From contig CM119385.1 of the NCBI GenBank assembly GCA_051294905.1, forward strand, positions 18,724,001 to 18,788,000: a stretch of 64,000 nt of DNA. Direction: 5' to 3'. The DNA is from Botryllus schlosseri. Lineage: Eukaryota. Positions 21,661-35,343 of the stretch are shown one piece after another; the first letter of the stretch is position 1, and each line of letters begins with the position of its first letter. A program made the translations under genes and the position numbers. A model generated the notes under the pieces. The model was not told where the DNA came from. It was given only the letters and a program-made list of their open reading frames with translations, and made no database searches.

Positions 21661-24017
21661 ATCACACCGGGTGTTCTGTCCGCCTTCGACCACACTCATT
21701 GATTTCCAGCTGTAGACTGCGGTTAGCGCGTTTCTGAAGGACATAGATTATTAAGTTTACTCAATTGAATCTGTGAACGTGAAAATCATTTACAAGCAAC
21801 CGTGTCTCTGATTCGGCAACGTTCGATATCACAGTGCATAACGCGGCAACACGTGACGATGCATAAACACACTTTCAGCATAATGTTAACAAATTCATAA
21901 AATAATCGACCTTATATAAGCCGGCAAATGCTACATTTTGAGAAGATATTTCGACTAAAATTGTCGAAGGTGAAATCACTCCTGATCACCATCAATTATC
22001 AAAATCCACAGCAATCAGGCCCTGCTGCTTAATTTGTTGCTTCAAAGGATACAATGACGACGTGATGATTCATTTCGACGCATAAAATCGTTATGTGATC
22101 TACCTCACATTTTTACACTACCTGTCGATATCAGTGACGTTGTCGAGAATAATTAACCTTCCTCGAAAGGAGGCTGTATGATCTTGAACTTTATGGAAAA
22201 CATTATATGATACCACCAAGTAATTGGTATTGCCGTGGAATTTTCTCACTAAATTGCTTTTCGAACATATTGCCACAGACGCGAATTCGTACGTGATCCA
22301 TAGCTCAATTCGTGTGTCCGTTACGCATTCTGACGCCAACGCGCATTAATATTGAAACATTTTTACAAGTCGGGATAATATCCACATGATCGTCCGCTTG
22401 CAGCTAAGCACGACAAACAGATAACTTAATCCATTGTGACTGAACAACTAAAAGACTGCTTCTGTGCCATTTACGCAACCGAAGCACGGGAAAGCTTTGC
22501 TGGCGTTATGTATAGTGCGTGCCTGTCACATTCCTCGAACATTAATCGTGTATCGATAAGATTAATCTAAATATCCGGACAGGACTACAGCGAAAGGGTT
22601 TCCGCACTTGCAATCCAACCAATCACGATGAGCAGTGGTCAACGCTCTACGTCGCCCCATCGAACACCGTGAAGACTGAAGCGCCACTTTAATCTTGTCA
22701 GCTATGGCGAATAGGCGCACACAGCAAGTCCCTTACGCAATATCCCTGAACTCTTTCAAATCAGCCCTGTATAACTTCAAATCATTGCAACGGTGATAGT
22801 ATTATATACTGCATTCGTTCACTAAGACAAAGGCTTTAGCTCCATTTAAATGTGCAATAAGGAAATTAAATGCATAGTATAAGCAAGGATCCATGGAAAA
22901 TAAATAAATAATATACGAAGGACAACTTATAAATTAAAATACGCATAATTTTGAGCTTAGTATGCTATAAATATGGCAGCAAGTACACTGGCGAACATAA
23001 TATAAAGTTGATCTATAATGCTTGGCAATATATTTTCATCAAACTAGACATCAATGGTATACGGAATTCCGTCATAATCAGCTTCAAGCTCAATTGCGGA
23101 TACATGGCCTGCGACCTATGAGAAAGGTCAACTTGACCAACAAAAGATGTCATGCGATTTAGTATAATCCCAATTCCGCTAAAATCGAGTTATAGCAGCA
23201 GGGTGACGGATTAATGAATATTAATCGCCTTATCATCTCACGGTTACACGGACATACAAAACAATATTAGCAGTTCTCGATTTTTAAGGTATTTGTTTAG
23301 GCGGTAAGTGTTTAAAATTATAACATTGCTTCAGAGTTCGTGAGAGTACTGTCGTTTCTTTGGTATTATTCTTGCATACGAATGGTTCTCCGAAAAGAGC
23401 TTGGAATGTTGAGGCATATTTGTTATAACAGCAAGTTCTTTGATCAGCTACACGACACTGTGAGAACGCAAATGCTGCTCAATATGGAATCCACGAGGAC
23501 ACTCTGTTTACGCTCCCGCACTATTAATAGACCATGGATTTCCGTACCTGTAGTGCTTATTCTTCATAAAGGATTTCAGGTAAATTCCTAATTTTACCAT
23601 GTACCCTTCTGTAATCCGATGGAAGACGTGAAGGTGGCAATAGTGATCTATTGATGATTCTAATTCGTGACAAGTAAATCGCTGTGAGTGATCAGCATAT
23701 CACAGTGCGCATTATCTTTAACATGTGTCATGGCGACTTGCATCGAGAACTTTGATGGAGAAAATCCTGAGAAATAAAAGCTCCGTATTCGTAGAATTTT
23801 CGAGTTCTGGTAGGCCACCAATTGGTCCTACATCCTTTGGGGTTGTACAAATGATTTTGGTAATTACCGACGTTGATGGCCGATGATTTCATATGCCAAT
23901 AGCGTAGTAAAATTTGGTGGATGGTGGGGGCCAATTTCTTTCATTTCTTTCGGCGCTATTTGCAATCTGTTTTCTAGTGGAACTTCTACAGTGTACTAGT
24001 GATTGTTTGCAACACAG

Positions 24018-24614
24018 CTATATGCATTTTGATTGACCCTGGCGGCATATTTTGAAATGCGAATGTCGGTTAGGTGGAAGCCGGCATCTCTTAACTAATG
24101 CCATTCCAAATAATCCCGGACGCATGTGTAGATAGCATTTTTTTTCTCCGGGAATAGATAGTTTCATCTGGTTTTCTCCCAGCTTTTCGTCATGGCCGTA
24201 CAGGAATATTGATCCAGGCACGGGGTTTTCAACTTGCATAGTCGCATTTGAAAACACTATCGCGTTTGTGGTGTTGGATACCTTTAGAAAATACTCTTTA
24301 TCTAGACCGTGAGTGGCGAAAACGTAGCCAGTCCGACCAAGTCTGCTGTACTCGTAGCAGTGCCACTCTGAGCTTCCCTTGTGTCCTCCCCACGGAATTG
24401 GATATTTCAACCAATATCTCAGAAAGCTTTTCTCGGCATACTTTATATGGCATCTCACTGGAACATCTGTGTTCAATACCCAACCGGTATTTTGAATGGC
24501 AATTTTACTACTATTGCGAGTCACCACGTATTCACCCCTTGCGCTTTGTATCGTAAGTGCTAATAGGCATAGTACAGTCGAGAATTTTCCACAGTTAGGG
24601 AATGAATTCGTCAT
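24018..24614 (-). CDS. Secreted beta-trefoil-like protein, family member D, 198 aa (start MTNSF)
   Basis: Clear signal peptide KFSTVLCLLALTIQSARG; ATG preceded by acceptor CTTCAG|AAATTCGCA; motifs RCHIKY, EWHCYE, IFLYGHDEKLG; N-glycosylation sequons NSS, NTT, NAT. Confidence 0.78.
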   Translation of the reverse strand: MTNSFPNCGKFSTVLCLLALTIQSARGEYVVTRNSSKIAIQNTGWVLNTDVPVRCHIKYAEKSFLRYWLKYPIPWGGHKGSSEWHCYEYSRLGRTGYVFATHGLDKEYFLKVSNTTNAIVFSNATMQVENPVPGSIFLYGHDEKLGENQMKLSIPGEKKCYLHMRPGLFGMALVKRCRLPPNRHSHFKICRQGQSKCI

Positions 24615-25879
24615 TGCGAATTTCTGAAGTCTTGTATCGTAATGATGTATGAGAATAGTACGATTCTTGGTTCTTTGGAGGCGTTCTGTACCGGTAGTAG
24701 TTTCCGTAGATATCTTGTGATTGTTTGCTATGATGGATTTGTAGTGCTGGCCTGAGTGGGATGAGTACATTGACTCCCCTTGTTACTCCCATGCTGTTGG
24801 ATCCAGGTTACTTCTTCAAGTGTGGTTTTACTCAGGAAATAAATAATCTGAAATAATTTACCATTCTGTTGGAATGTAAAACATTGTCATACATAATATA
24901 ATCGTTGTCATTCGAAAATTGCTTCTTGAAAAATCGATAATGGGTAAAACTCACGAATTGAAAACATAAGCAGAACGGCAAATTTTTCGCAATAGCGCAC
25001 AGTGGTTGCATGTTTCTCATCTCGCGTAGACCACATTTCTACTTCGGCCTATCATATACACACACAAAATTTCTGTGCGCTTATCTGGATCACTCATAGA
25101 TGAGTATACTCGTGATACGATCAATCTATACGTTAAATCGAAATTATTTGCTATCTAATCGTTCCCGTTCTCGCCTAAATTCGCAACCATATACTCGATA
25201 CAGTTTTTGCTGTGAATTCGATTAGTTATGACTTTCGGACTGAAACATTCCTTTATATACCCAACAGCTAATTAAATGGCTTCAAGTTTTCAACGTCGAT
25301 ATGCCTTTAGCGCTAGACCTTTCTCCAGACAGGTGGTCGTTTTTCATATAACCCTTACCAGCATTAATAGAAGCTCATAATCAGGTACGAGCCCGATACC
25401 GACACAACGAACTTTCAATTGCGGTTAGCAGTCGACTTTGCCCCGCCACATTGCTAAAATGAGACGATTTCACTTGTTTTATAGCTGGGTTGAGACCGGG
25501 GAACAGTCGCAACCCGAAACAAAAACAAAATTACCCGGAACACGTCAACAATTGATCTGCCGTTTGTTGGTAAGACTTACGAATTCTTCGGTGCCTCGTA
25601 ATAATCATCGTAATAATCGGAGTCGAAAATAGTGAAGATTATTGTCGTCATCAAAACTGATAAACGTTAACCGCAACGATACGTATTATATTCGGATCGG
25701 TGGAATAATACTTCATAAATGTAATTATGTACTCGAAGATATCTATATATATATAATTAATATATAGTCGATCATATACCTAATATCTGATTTGATCTGA
25801 ACGTCAACTAAACTTTATACTCCATTATAACGGATGGAAATGTTTTGGAAATGATCGCAAGACTAGATTGAGGAATTGT

Positions 25880-26154
25880 TGTTGTTGTTTGTGGTATTCA
25901 TGGTGTTTGTCGACTACTATGGTCATTTACACCAGGCCAATTTTCTTCATTTTTATTCCGAAGCTGCCGACTTGTAGCACGACCCACTTCTAGGCTTTTG
26001 TAAGACACCGCTTACACGGATGAGATGGCGAAGAGGAGCTCGGATATGCCTCCAAAACGTAGGTAGTAATTTTGGAGTCGACCTCGGTCGGACTCGAACC
26101 CAAAAACCATTGGTGTTGCAGCTGTGAATTATACCACTACACTATCTCGCCATA
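25880..26154 (-). mobile_element. tRNA-derived SINE, full length with TSD
   Basis: A/B-box head, (AAC)n tail, 13-bp TSD ATTGAGGAATTGT (25867-25879, 26155-26167). Confidence 0.9.
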
Positions 26155-26738
26155 ATTGAGGAATTGTACTAGACATTATCATGAAAATAATAAACTTAAT
26201 TACAATGAACTAAGCTGAAACTAACGAGCAACAAACGGAAACTTTTGAATTGTTACGGAAAAGATAGAGAATCATCGTCATTTGGTAACAGAGCGAAACC
26301 ATTTACACATCGAGGGTTTCGTCGTTTTGCAGTGATTACGTGGAGCACACCGAACGGAACAAACCGCCCCCGGTTTCGCGCCAACCTTATACGTGTTTTA
26401 TGTAATTAGTGACTGGCCAAGGAAATGGGTCACTCCGAAATCCTTGCAGTTGCGGACACCTTCTGGTTAGCTTGCGGAAACTCTGGGGAATAGCAGAATA
26501 AAAAGGCATACGTGCGTATTAGAGCCTTATTAGCAAAAGTCCAAGGAAATGAGTCAGAGAAAAATACTAATGTGTATAGCCGACCTATGGTTGCGATACA
26601 GCCAATCACCGGTTGGTTCTCACAATGACTCTGCCATTCCAAAGTTTTTATGTGTTCAGCACCTACCGGTACCTTTCCAGGCACTTCAAATATCAGTCTC
26701 CGGAGAGGGTCACTCAGTGGATATCAATTGCAGAAATA

Positions 26739-26873
26739 ATGAAAAGGATTGTTTGTGATGGAAAGTTTTCGACAGTGTTATGTCCCCGAATAATTTTCAT
26801 AGTTTCTAGTCGACATAATCCAACGCTAAAACCGAATGATGAAGGTATATTAGGTAGTGAGTGTTGTTTGTGA
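26739..26873 (+). pseudogene. Truncated paralog (member E) of the secreted family, signal-peptide region only
   Basis: GCAG|AAATA-ATG then MKRIVCDGKFSTVLCPRIIFIVSS; GKFSTVLC identical to member D with synonymous codon differences; stop after 44 codons. Confidence 0.5.
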
Positions 26874-27839
26874 GATTGCTCTTTTGTGGCGGTTGTATCG
26901 TACAGAAAAATTAGAGGGCTGTTAGGTAGCGTATAGTCGGCACTGTTAACGATCAATTTTCCCAGCTTGTCATATCTCAGAAAGAACCTTTTCAGCTAAA
27001 ATCTATTCAGCGTATAAATTGTTTTCTGATAAGGTGATCATTCTGATCAATGATGATATTTTGACTGACAAACGGTGTACTGTACACTATGATTCAAACT
27101 CTAATGAAAGTTATTGAGAAATATAAAATTTTACTCATATAATCCAACGTTCTAATGGAGGCATTCGAACGCCATATATCCTTACGATTATATCCAAATG
27201 GATTTGTTAATCAAGTTGGTAAGCACACAATTCAGGCCTAAATTATCAAATACACGCATATAGCCACTGCTGCGCATTTCATCACGCACTGCGCGGTGCA
27301 CATGTAGAGTCATGCCATTAAATACATTCCTGATGAATCCTAATGACTCTATACTAAGTAGTCTACATGTGAAAAGATATATTGTGTCATTCAAAAAGTA
27401 GTGATGATCTAAATATAGACATTAAAACGATTATAACCTTCGCAAAGTCGAAATTGCGTGAGAAAGGTGAATGGTAATGATGAAGGTCTAAATTAACAAT
27501 TAGCAAAAGTTTCGTAAAACACAGGGTTGAAGCGACAAATTGCCTAATATCCGTCCCGAGTTTTTCAGCAGATCACACACCCTTCTAACCGACTGGTATA
27601 GTCCTGAGTAAAGATCTAATTATGCAAAGAAACAGTATTGAATGGGTGAAGCATTAATGTAAGCGAGAATATACCTTACATGGAACAAGTTCGTGTTTGT
27701 AAATATGTAAAGCATGCTTTTTACAGACACTCTGCTAAATAGTTTACTCCTATAGTTTATGATGAAACAATGAGATTTTTACCTAGATGTATCGTACTGC
27801 GACGACTGTCTTTACAGAGTCATTTTAGTTTAACTATAC

Positions 27840-28699
27840 CAGGGGTTCTTAACCTTGCCTCCAGCGCCCCCCAAGTGGCGCTAGCGATTCTGAATGGGGC
27901 GGAAACGCCCAGGGGGCGATATGGGGGGCGCTGAAGAAAAATGGCTTCGCAGTAGATGATGGGGTAGTAGGACATATCCTTAATGAGTATTCAGAGCAAA
28001 TTAACATTCCACAAAACATGTCAAATCCCGAAATGTTTGGTCGCGCTACGCAGTGATGTTTGCTACATATGTTTTCATGAATGTAGTTGGTTATTATAAT
28101 TCATGTAAAACGAATTGCGCGTACTTTTACATCGCCAATTTCCCGTTAAAACACTGCTGTCACGCTTGCTAGGGTTATTTTCAACATCATTTGACTATAT
28201 AGCGGACAGGAGGAAACAAAATAACAACATGTAACGAATTATAGTTGTACCAACGGGCACGCCCGAATATGTTCAATTATTAATTACGTGCCTTCATTTT
28301 TCAATACAACAGCTCACTCAGCGCTGCCGGTAAATCTAATTACGTGGGCTGATATAGGACAAAAAGTTTATAGCGACATATATATGAAGTTACAGTACGT
28401 ACCACCTATTCATTCATGCGTTATAAAAAAATATGGCGCCAAGGGCGACCAGGTCACACAAATTTTGCTGACCATCGAAATCACGCGACGGGCTTCTAGG
28501 GGAGAAGCTCTGAGAAGTTTGATTTATCACGCTATGTGTGCGCAAGAAATTCGTTTTTAGGGATACTGATGAAGTGCTGTTACGGCGCTCCCTCTTACCC
28601 AATGTCTTTATTACAGTCCTTACAATATGAGGTGGGGGGCGCTGGAGCACGATACTTTTTGAAAAGGGGCGCTGGAGGAAAAAAGGTTAAGAACCACTG
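27840..28699. mobile_element. hAT MITE family B (860 bp)
   Basis: TIR CAG(G/T)GGTTCTTAACCTT; flanks AACTATAC/GCCTATAC (6/8 match); near-identical inverted copy at 46984-47862. Confidence 0.9.
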
Positions 28700-29689
28700 G
28701 CCTATACTGCCCAACGGAAATGTCGCAACTAACATATTTGTCTTGTTGTCTTCGAAATCAAACTTAATACGAACAATTTTAGTGTCACTGTGTATTGTCA
28801 ATATATTATTTGTACGGGGGACCAAACTCCCCAACACGTAATTTAGCATTATAGCTATCATGCCAGAACATTTTATTTATCACACCAAGATAGGTTTAAC
28901 ATATCCGCATCCTATACTAAAATCGTCACGAATTCTAAACATACAGACTTGATAATTTTATCATGGAATTATGACAACACTCTACTGTCAATTTTAATTT
29001 GCTTTAAGCCTACGCATAGGTAAATCCGTTCCTTCTCGCGAATGGCAATATGTCAACAATAGTGAAACTACTTTTTTCCATTTTATTCATAGGTAAATCA
29101 CAATGTATCAATGAGATGTTGATCTTCGAAAACTCCCACAGCTTATTCGCCACTCTCGGGAATCGTAGCAATAATCGTGACACGATGAATTAGAAAACTT
29201 GTAATAGGGGCTTGATTGCATACCATAACTGGGGTTTTACAAAGTAAACTGATCATTTAGCAACATTAACCACTAATGAATTCACCTTTAAATCACTTTC
29301 GCTTTGATTTTTCAGCAAACTTGAATAGATAAGATGCAATTTAGCGATTAGTATGCAAATCCGTCCATAATCAAGCTAACAGTATTATACAGTATTAGAG
29401 ATGTTGGAAACCCCTTTGACCCGCTATAATAACAATTACCATTTTACGTCACACAGACAATGCGGGAAGCTATAACATAGAATGTTAAATGCGTTACCAC
29501 TGTGAGCACGCTCCCATTATAATTACGCGCTAATTAGATATATTTTCTGATGAATCTTATGCGGTATTGAGTTCCCACGGAGTGGATATAAAATTGTACT
29601 GTAACCCAGGACAGAGGAGCCTTACGAGCACTGCGGGTCATCATAAATCGCTAAAAACTTAGGCGGCCACATAATGTTTTCATTATGAA

Positions 29690-29820
29690 GGTGGGTGTCT
29701 GATTTCAAAGACTTACTCCAAGTCGTTTCGACACCATCATATCTTTCATTGTATCGCAGTCTTGTGATGTATTGAAATGATGAAATTTTTAGCAATCAAT
29801 TGAATTGAATTGAATTATTA
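29690..29820 (+). repeat. Dispersed repeat, probable non-LTR retroelement 3' end (also about 43225-43345 minus, 48195-48290 plus)
   Basis: Shared TGTCTGATTTCAAA...ACTCCAAGTCGTTT...GTATCGCAGTCTTGTG; two copies end in short tandem tails (ATTGA)n or (ACTGAT)n. Confidence 0.55.
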
Positions 29821-31559
29821 AACTCCACGTAAAAAAATAAAGCACATGAGTGATGTTATATGGAACGAGAAGAGCTCTCACGGGGGTAAGTGAACGAAAT
29901 TTTCCATATGGGTCGAATCTTACGATGTTGGCTCAAACTGAACATGAACAGTTCATGTCGCTAATTGCCATTTCGTTTCAACGTTTTCATCGGTTAAATA
30001 TCTATGGCGGAGCCTAACCTGCGGTAGAGATAGCATTAAGACGTGTACCTGTATACAGTACACGGTCCATTGGCCCCTAATCCAAAAGTTCATTGCAGAA
30101 TATTTTGAGTTCAATTTATACTGTAAAATCAGCACACATTTTAGATTGCTGATTGTGTGGCGGATGATATTTCCCAAAAACTGAAAAGCCCGGGTCGACT
30201 TCCATTCCTGCTCGGCCTCGGGTCGACTTAACAATTGCATATTGCGCTTATGCCATTCCGATCACATTGAAACTAACATCATGTACGGGGTAAGTGATTG
30301 TTTTAGTGCACGGAAAGGTAATCAAGAGTGGCTGTACCACCTAAGAACAGCATAAAGTGGTCCACTGTGCGGCAATTTGTACGAAAGTTTGACTGCGTCA
30401 AGTTATTGGGGAGAAATTGATTTTTATAGATCACAAATAAGTTTATTGATTTCGTGGCAAAATTCACACGAACATTTCATGCTATACAGTATGTTGAATT
30501 CTTTGGATAGCTAGGCGCAGGCTCTCCACCCCTGCTGCAACGTGTATCATTGACAGTTCATCAGTTTGACTCGTTAACTAATACGATGAACGCGAACAAT
30601 GCCAACGGCTTAAGTGCTTAACACAAAGTTTTATTTGACGTCGTGTTTATAGCTTTATGAAGTTGTTTGCGGCCAGATATTCTCACCTAATGTTGTATTC
30701 GCGCGGCTAGACTTGCGCCTTGACGATTAGGGTGAAATTTTGTTATTATGCTCTTGCCTCTTACCCGGCTTCAGCAAATGCAAGTCATTGCATAAATAGT
30801 GATAGTAGCAGCATTCCTTTCATGCATAACCGATCACTGCCTAAACTGTTTATCAATCGCGTCTAGACGAAAGGCCAATAGGTGAGGGTACTTGAAATAC
30901 TAAATATTTATTTCTGCAATCATGGTCAACAATTAAAGCGACTAATTCCGCGATTTCTTGCGTCTGTACTTGAGTGCAATTACGCGACTGTGTTTTCAGC
31001 ACGTATGATAATCAGATTGATGTCAGTCTATAGCAGGGATAGTGAACCTGCGAACCCCAGGCATCAACGTGACACGAAGTCGGCGATTTCCCATATTGAT
31101 CACGTAATACACCCAACCAGTTGCCTGTCCAGTGCATGCATTCAAGCATTATTTTCCATGCGCATGATCTTAGTTTCAGGATCATCATGAATGTATTAGC
31201 GCAATGTAGCCTGTTAGATCGTTCCCTGTGTTTATATCTGCTATATATATTCATTGTATAGCGATATGGACATTAGAAAGGTATGTAGGCGAGGAAAGAA
31301 GGTCTTCGAATACTAATCGGAGATGGAAGTCAGGTCTTTGAAATCGGGTCGACTGGCACCTCGATCAATCAAAGTTAGAATATCTGTACTGGTTTTCGGA
31401 GTCAAATTGAACTCAAATGAAGCTGCAATAAACCTTGGGGTTTGGCTAGGCTAGTATACACGTTTGGATTGTACCTCTGCGATAGGCTCCGCTAGAACTA
31501 ACAGACACGTTAAAATGAAAATTGCAACATCGCAATTGGTTCAGTTTGAGTGAGCAGAC

Positions 31560-31573
31560 CAGGGATATCCCTG
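31560..31573. mobile_element. 14-bp hAT-type micro-insertion CAGGGATATCCCTG
   Basis: Perfect palindrome flanked by perfect 8-bp direct repeat GAGCAGAC (31552-31559, 31574-31581). Confidence 0.8.
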
Positions 31574-32413
31574 GAGCAGACATTGTACATGTACATGATT
31601 CGCGTCACGGAAATACTCATTCGAGCTCGATATACTAGGGTTACTATATTTGGAAATCTGAAAAGAGCACACTTTTTCAAAATTTTGAAAGTTGCAAATC
31701 CGGAGGAAAATCCTGAAGAAATGGTAAATTTTTCCCGGTTGACATAATTTGGCCCATCGAAAATTTTATAGCAACTCGAGTGGTCCGCAGCACTCAAAGG
31801 TCCCACTCTTGTTCTACGCTGCCAGTCTATAAATTTTTATCCTCTCCAAATATCCTTTGTGATTTATATTTTCTTGAATTGTATTGAAAAAACTTGATTA
31901 TAATCTCCCATATTAAATCAGTATGCCATATCCGAAACTTTGAACTGTTATTCAGGCCACTGATCTCTTACCATTACCAATCTAATATAATGTATCCGTG
32001 TAAAAAATGATCATACCAACGTGAATATTACTTAGGTATGACAATGCTGCGGTATTGTCCACAGCTACAATCCTCTACGAGTGATTCCATCATTGAACCT
32101 ACATCGGGTGTAGAGTAGGGGTTCAAGTTTTCATTTCTTGCATATTATACATGTTGCATATGTGCACGCCACTAATAACATGTATCATACGACTTGCAGT
32201 ACTTTTTTTCCATATCTCTTTCTCCATTGTCGGTTGTTTACATATACTCAGCATTAAATTAATTCCCACACAAAACAGTAGTCATATCAGTGGGAGGAGA
32301 AATATAGTCGTGACGGTTATTGCTCAAAATGGAAGATAGGGTGCGTTTGTTTGCGTGATCAAAGGTTTGTAGCTTTATCATTGTATTTAGCTAAATTCCT
32401 CGTAAGGGCTTAA

Positions 32414-32589
32414 CACTTTAATTCACACCACTGCGGTTAATTAAACACGATTAGAATCCGTGGTGTTGGCGTTAGAAACATTTATTTTACAGCATACAAG
32501 AAGATTATATATGGGCCTACTCGAGAGTCTACTGCTGCGGTTAATTAAACATTATAGGCTCCCAAATATAGCGCAGATAGCGTCAAGTG
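32414..32589. mobile_element. Possible TTAA-targeting (piggyBac-like) MITE
   Basis: TTAA|CACTT...AAGTG|TTAA, with an internal 17-bp direct repeat CTGCGGTTAATTAAACA; TIR very short. Confidence 0.3.
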
Positions 32590-35343
32590 TTAAGTAAATG
32601 GCTGTACGGGTCGGAAACGTGAATGTCTAATTGACTATTCTCCTACAACCTCCACATTGCAGATATATATTTACTTAGTGCTTTGTTTATTTTGTCTAAC
32701 AGTCATTTGCATTCAAATTATCCCTATTAGTCGTTCTCTGAAACACGATAAATGAATCTTTTTAGAAACATCCTCTTTGATAATATCTGTATATATCCGT
32801 GTACTTTAACATTCTTGCCGTTTGAAATTACCAAAAATTAAATAGAGATGTTGTTGTTATTGTTGGTATGATTTGATTATCCTTGTTTCAGCCACCACGA
32901 GGATTATTTCTCACCTGAGAACTTTTTGATTCTAAGTGCTTATACCATCCTTTCAGTGCCTGGTGTTGTGTCCGTTCTACCAACGTTCTATAACAATGGA
33001 AAATTACACTACACTGACGAAAACAACGCGACAACCTGACCCATGGCATATACCACACCTCAAAACATTAGAACCTTACAACCTTACAAAACAAACTTTA
33101 AAGCAGCTAAATCAAATTTATCAACTTAGGTTAACATACTTTCATTTTCGAAACCCCTCTCTATACGGTGCATCCTATGCATATAGTCCAAAAGACACGA
33201 CGGATTACCATAGTATAGGGGTATAAGGTGAGATTCAACTGTCCAAATGTAAAATCTAAATGGTAGGTAGGCCTATAGAACATTTAGATTTTTTACTTGT
33301 CTCCCGCGAAGATTTCATAAATCAGATTTTACTAGTGCGAAATGGGAAGGCAAACTGTAATTACTATCTAAATAACCGAATTAACGAGCCATCTTTATAT
33401 AAATGCCTTAACACTTACGCTATACACCTCACACTATATTGCTTCACTACGCACTATAGCATACAATGGGAGCAATAAATTTCTTGGTAAATGCCACCAT
33501 TACAACTCCTGTCACCTCATGTAAACGATGCAAATTATAATATTCGCCATATGTTCCAAGTTCCCTGATGGGTCTGAACTTTGATAATCGCAATAATGGG
33601 CTATCCTTACATTTGCAAGCATTTGGATTGCAACTATCACACAGTTTTCATGTAGTTTCGAGATCTACGATCAGTGGTCACTGGATACACCGGCTGACTC
33701 TCTTATTATCATTCCTGAGCTGCTGACTTACAAGAACACACGGCACAATGTCGTTTTATAGTCATTTGTAAGTCACAGATTGTATGGATCAGATGGCATT
33801 GAGTAGCCAAGGTAAACCCACAACAGTCAGGACTGGACTCGGCCTTGGTCAGACTCGGCCGTGCAACCCGTTGACGGTGCAGTGCACCATTATACGTTTC
33901 TCACCACCACTATTGCACTACGAAGAGATCTAAAAATTATAAAGTTATCTGACGCTTGCCTAAAATATAATTGTCGACTATTTCACCGAATGTTCATAAT
34001 AAAATCCTAAGAATACTCAGAAACAATCGTTATAAGTGGTACTTTACAATAGTTCTCCATTGCAAGAAAGGTATGTAAAATAAATGGGTCGCAATTCTGA
34101 TATGTCCCAAGAGGTAACGTGAGATCGATCGAGTTCAAAGCATACTTATTGCCACATGCCGTGTCATATACCTCGTAACTGCGGGACAGTTTAATTATCA
34201 ATATGCTAAGGAAATAAGTCGCAAGCTTCGTATAGACATCTGTTGACTCTTGGATGCAACGTGAATGTAGGCCAAAGCAATCGTGAGTATATTTATGTTG
34301 CTTGCACTCCGTAGTGCTCGACGTCTATGATCATTAGAAAATTCAATGGACATGGTCAATGGTCATGGTCATTTACATTCTATTGGACTGATTAGCCTAC
34401 CAGTAGGCTACTCAGTTTCCTACTTTATGTGAATGGGTGAGGCTCACACTACCGCACACTATATATACCATATTTTGCGGCTAATGGATAATTTGGCAAT
34501 TTTTTCACGACTAACACCACATAGTAAATTTGACTAAGCGCGTAAGTACTAGGCATATGAGGTACCGCAGATGCCAAGCGCCGTGAAGGCAATCGACTTG
34601 CTATTTATATTGAATGATACCGTAGTGGTGAGCGTCATTGAGCGAGCATTTACTGTAGTTCAGCTTTTCAGAATACTTTACGAATACGTATTTAGTAATT
34701 ACGAGTGGTCAGAAAGCGGTATAGAGCATTCGACCAACTCAACAGCTGTATGTAAATTTACATGTGACATGAATAGAGCTCGAGATCTCTGAGAGGCAAT
34801 CTGCCACTCGTACACACACTTTCTGCAAACGAAAATACCTTTCGGCCGATATCACCCTAGCAAATTACACAGCAATAAAGTAATAGACAATAAGTGCTCC
34901 AATTTACGGAGTATGACAAATATGCATGACTGAGCCAAGACTGGAACCATTGATTAAATTCCGTCAACTGGTCTATGATGACGCATAAAATAGTGGTAAT
35001 CGGTTTGTCTGTTAGTGTTAAGTATTCACGAGACTAAATCTCGATTTTATGGTAACAATCAGAAGTAAACTCAAACCGAATAAAATTTAGTGCAATTCAG
35101 AGATAACGTATGGGGGTACGATACGCACAAAAGCCCATTGAACAAACATTTTGATTGGGTTTAAATCCGTTCAATTTTTGATGGTCTAATATACTTCTAT
35201 ATGTCAAGTTAGTCTTTAGGAATATTCGACATCTCCAGCACAATTTATATCATTGAAACACCAGTGGTTTGGAATCCCATGTACAATCAATCCCCATGAG
35301 ACAGTTAACTTCACCTTTAAGACGAGAGTTATTAATGATCCTA

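Noticed and set aside
27160-27245. Peptide HISLRLYPNGFVNQV resembling FGF LRIHPDGRV downstream of member E
   Set aside because: Only about 30 codons between stops, no splice signals linking it to E; likely chance.
33020-33100. WHIPHLKTLEPYNL resembling the C-terminus of a Penelope GIY-YIG domain
   Set aside because: No upstream GIY-YIG or RT motifs and no adjacent hammerhead; too short to support.
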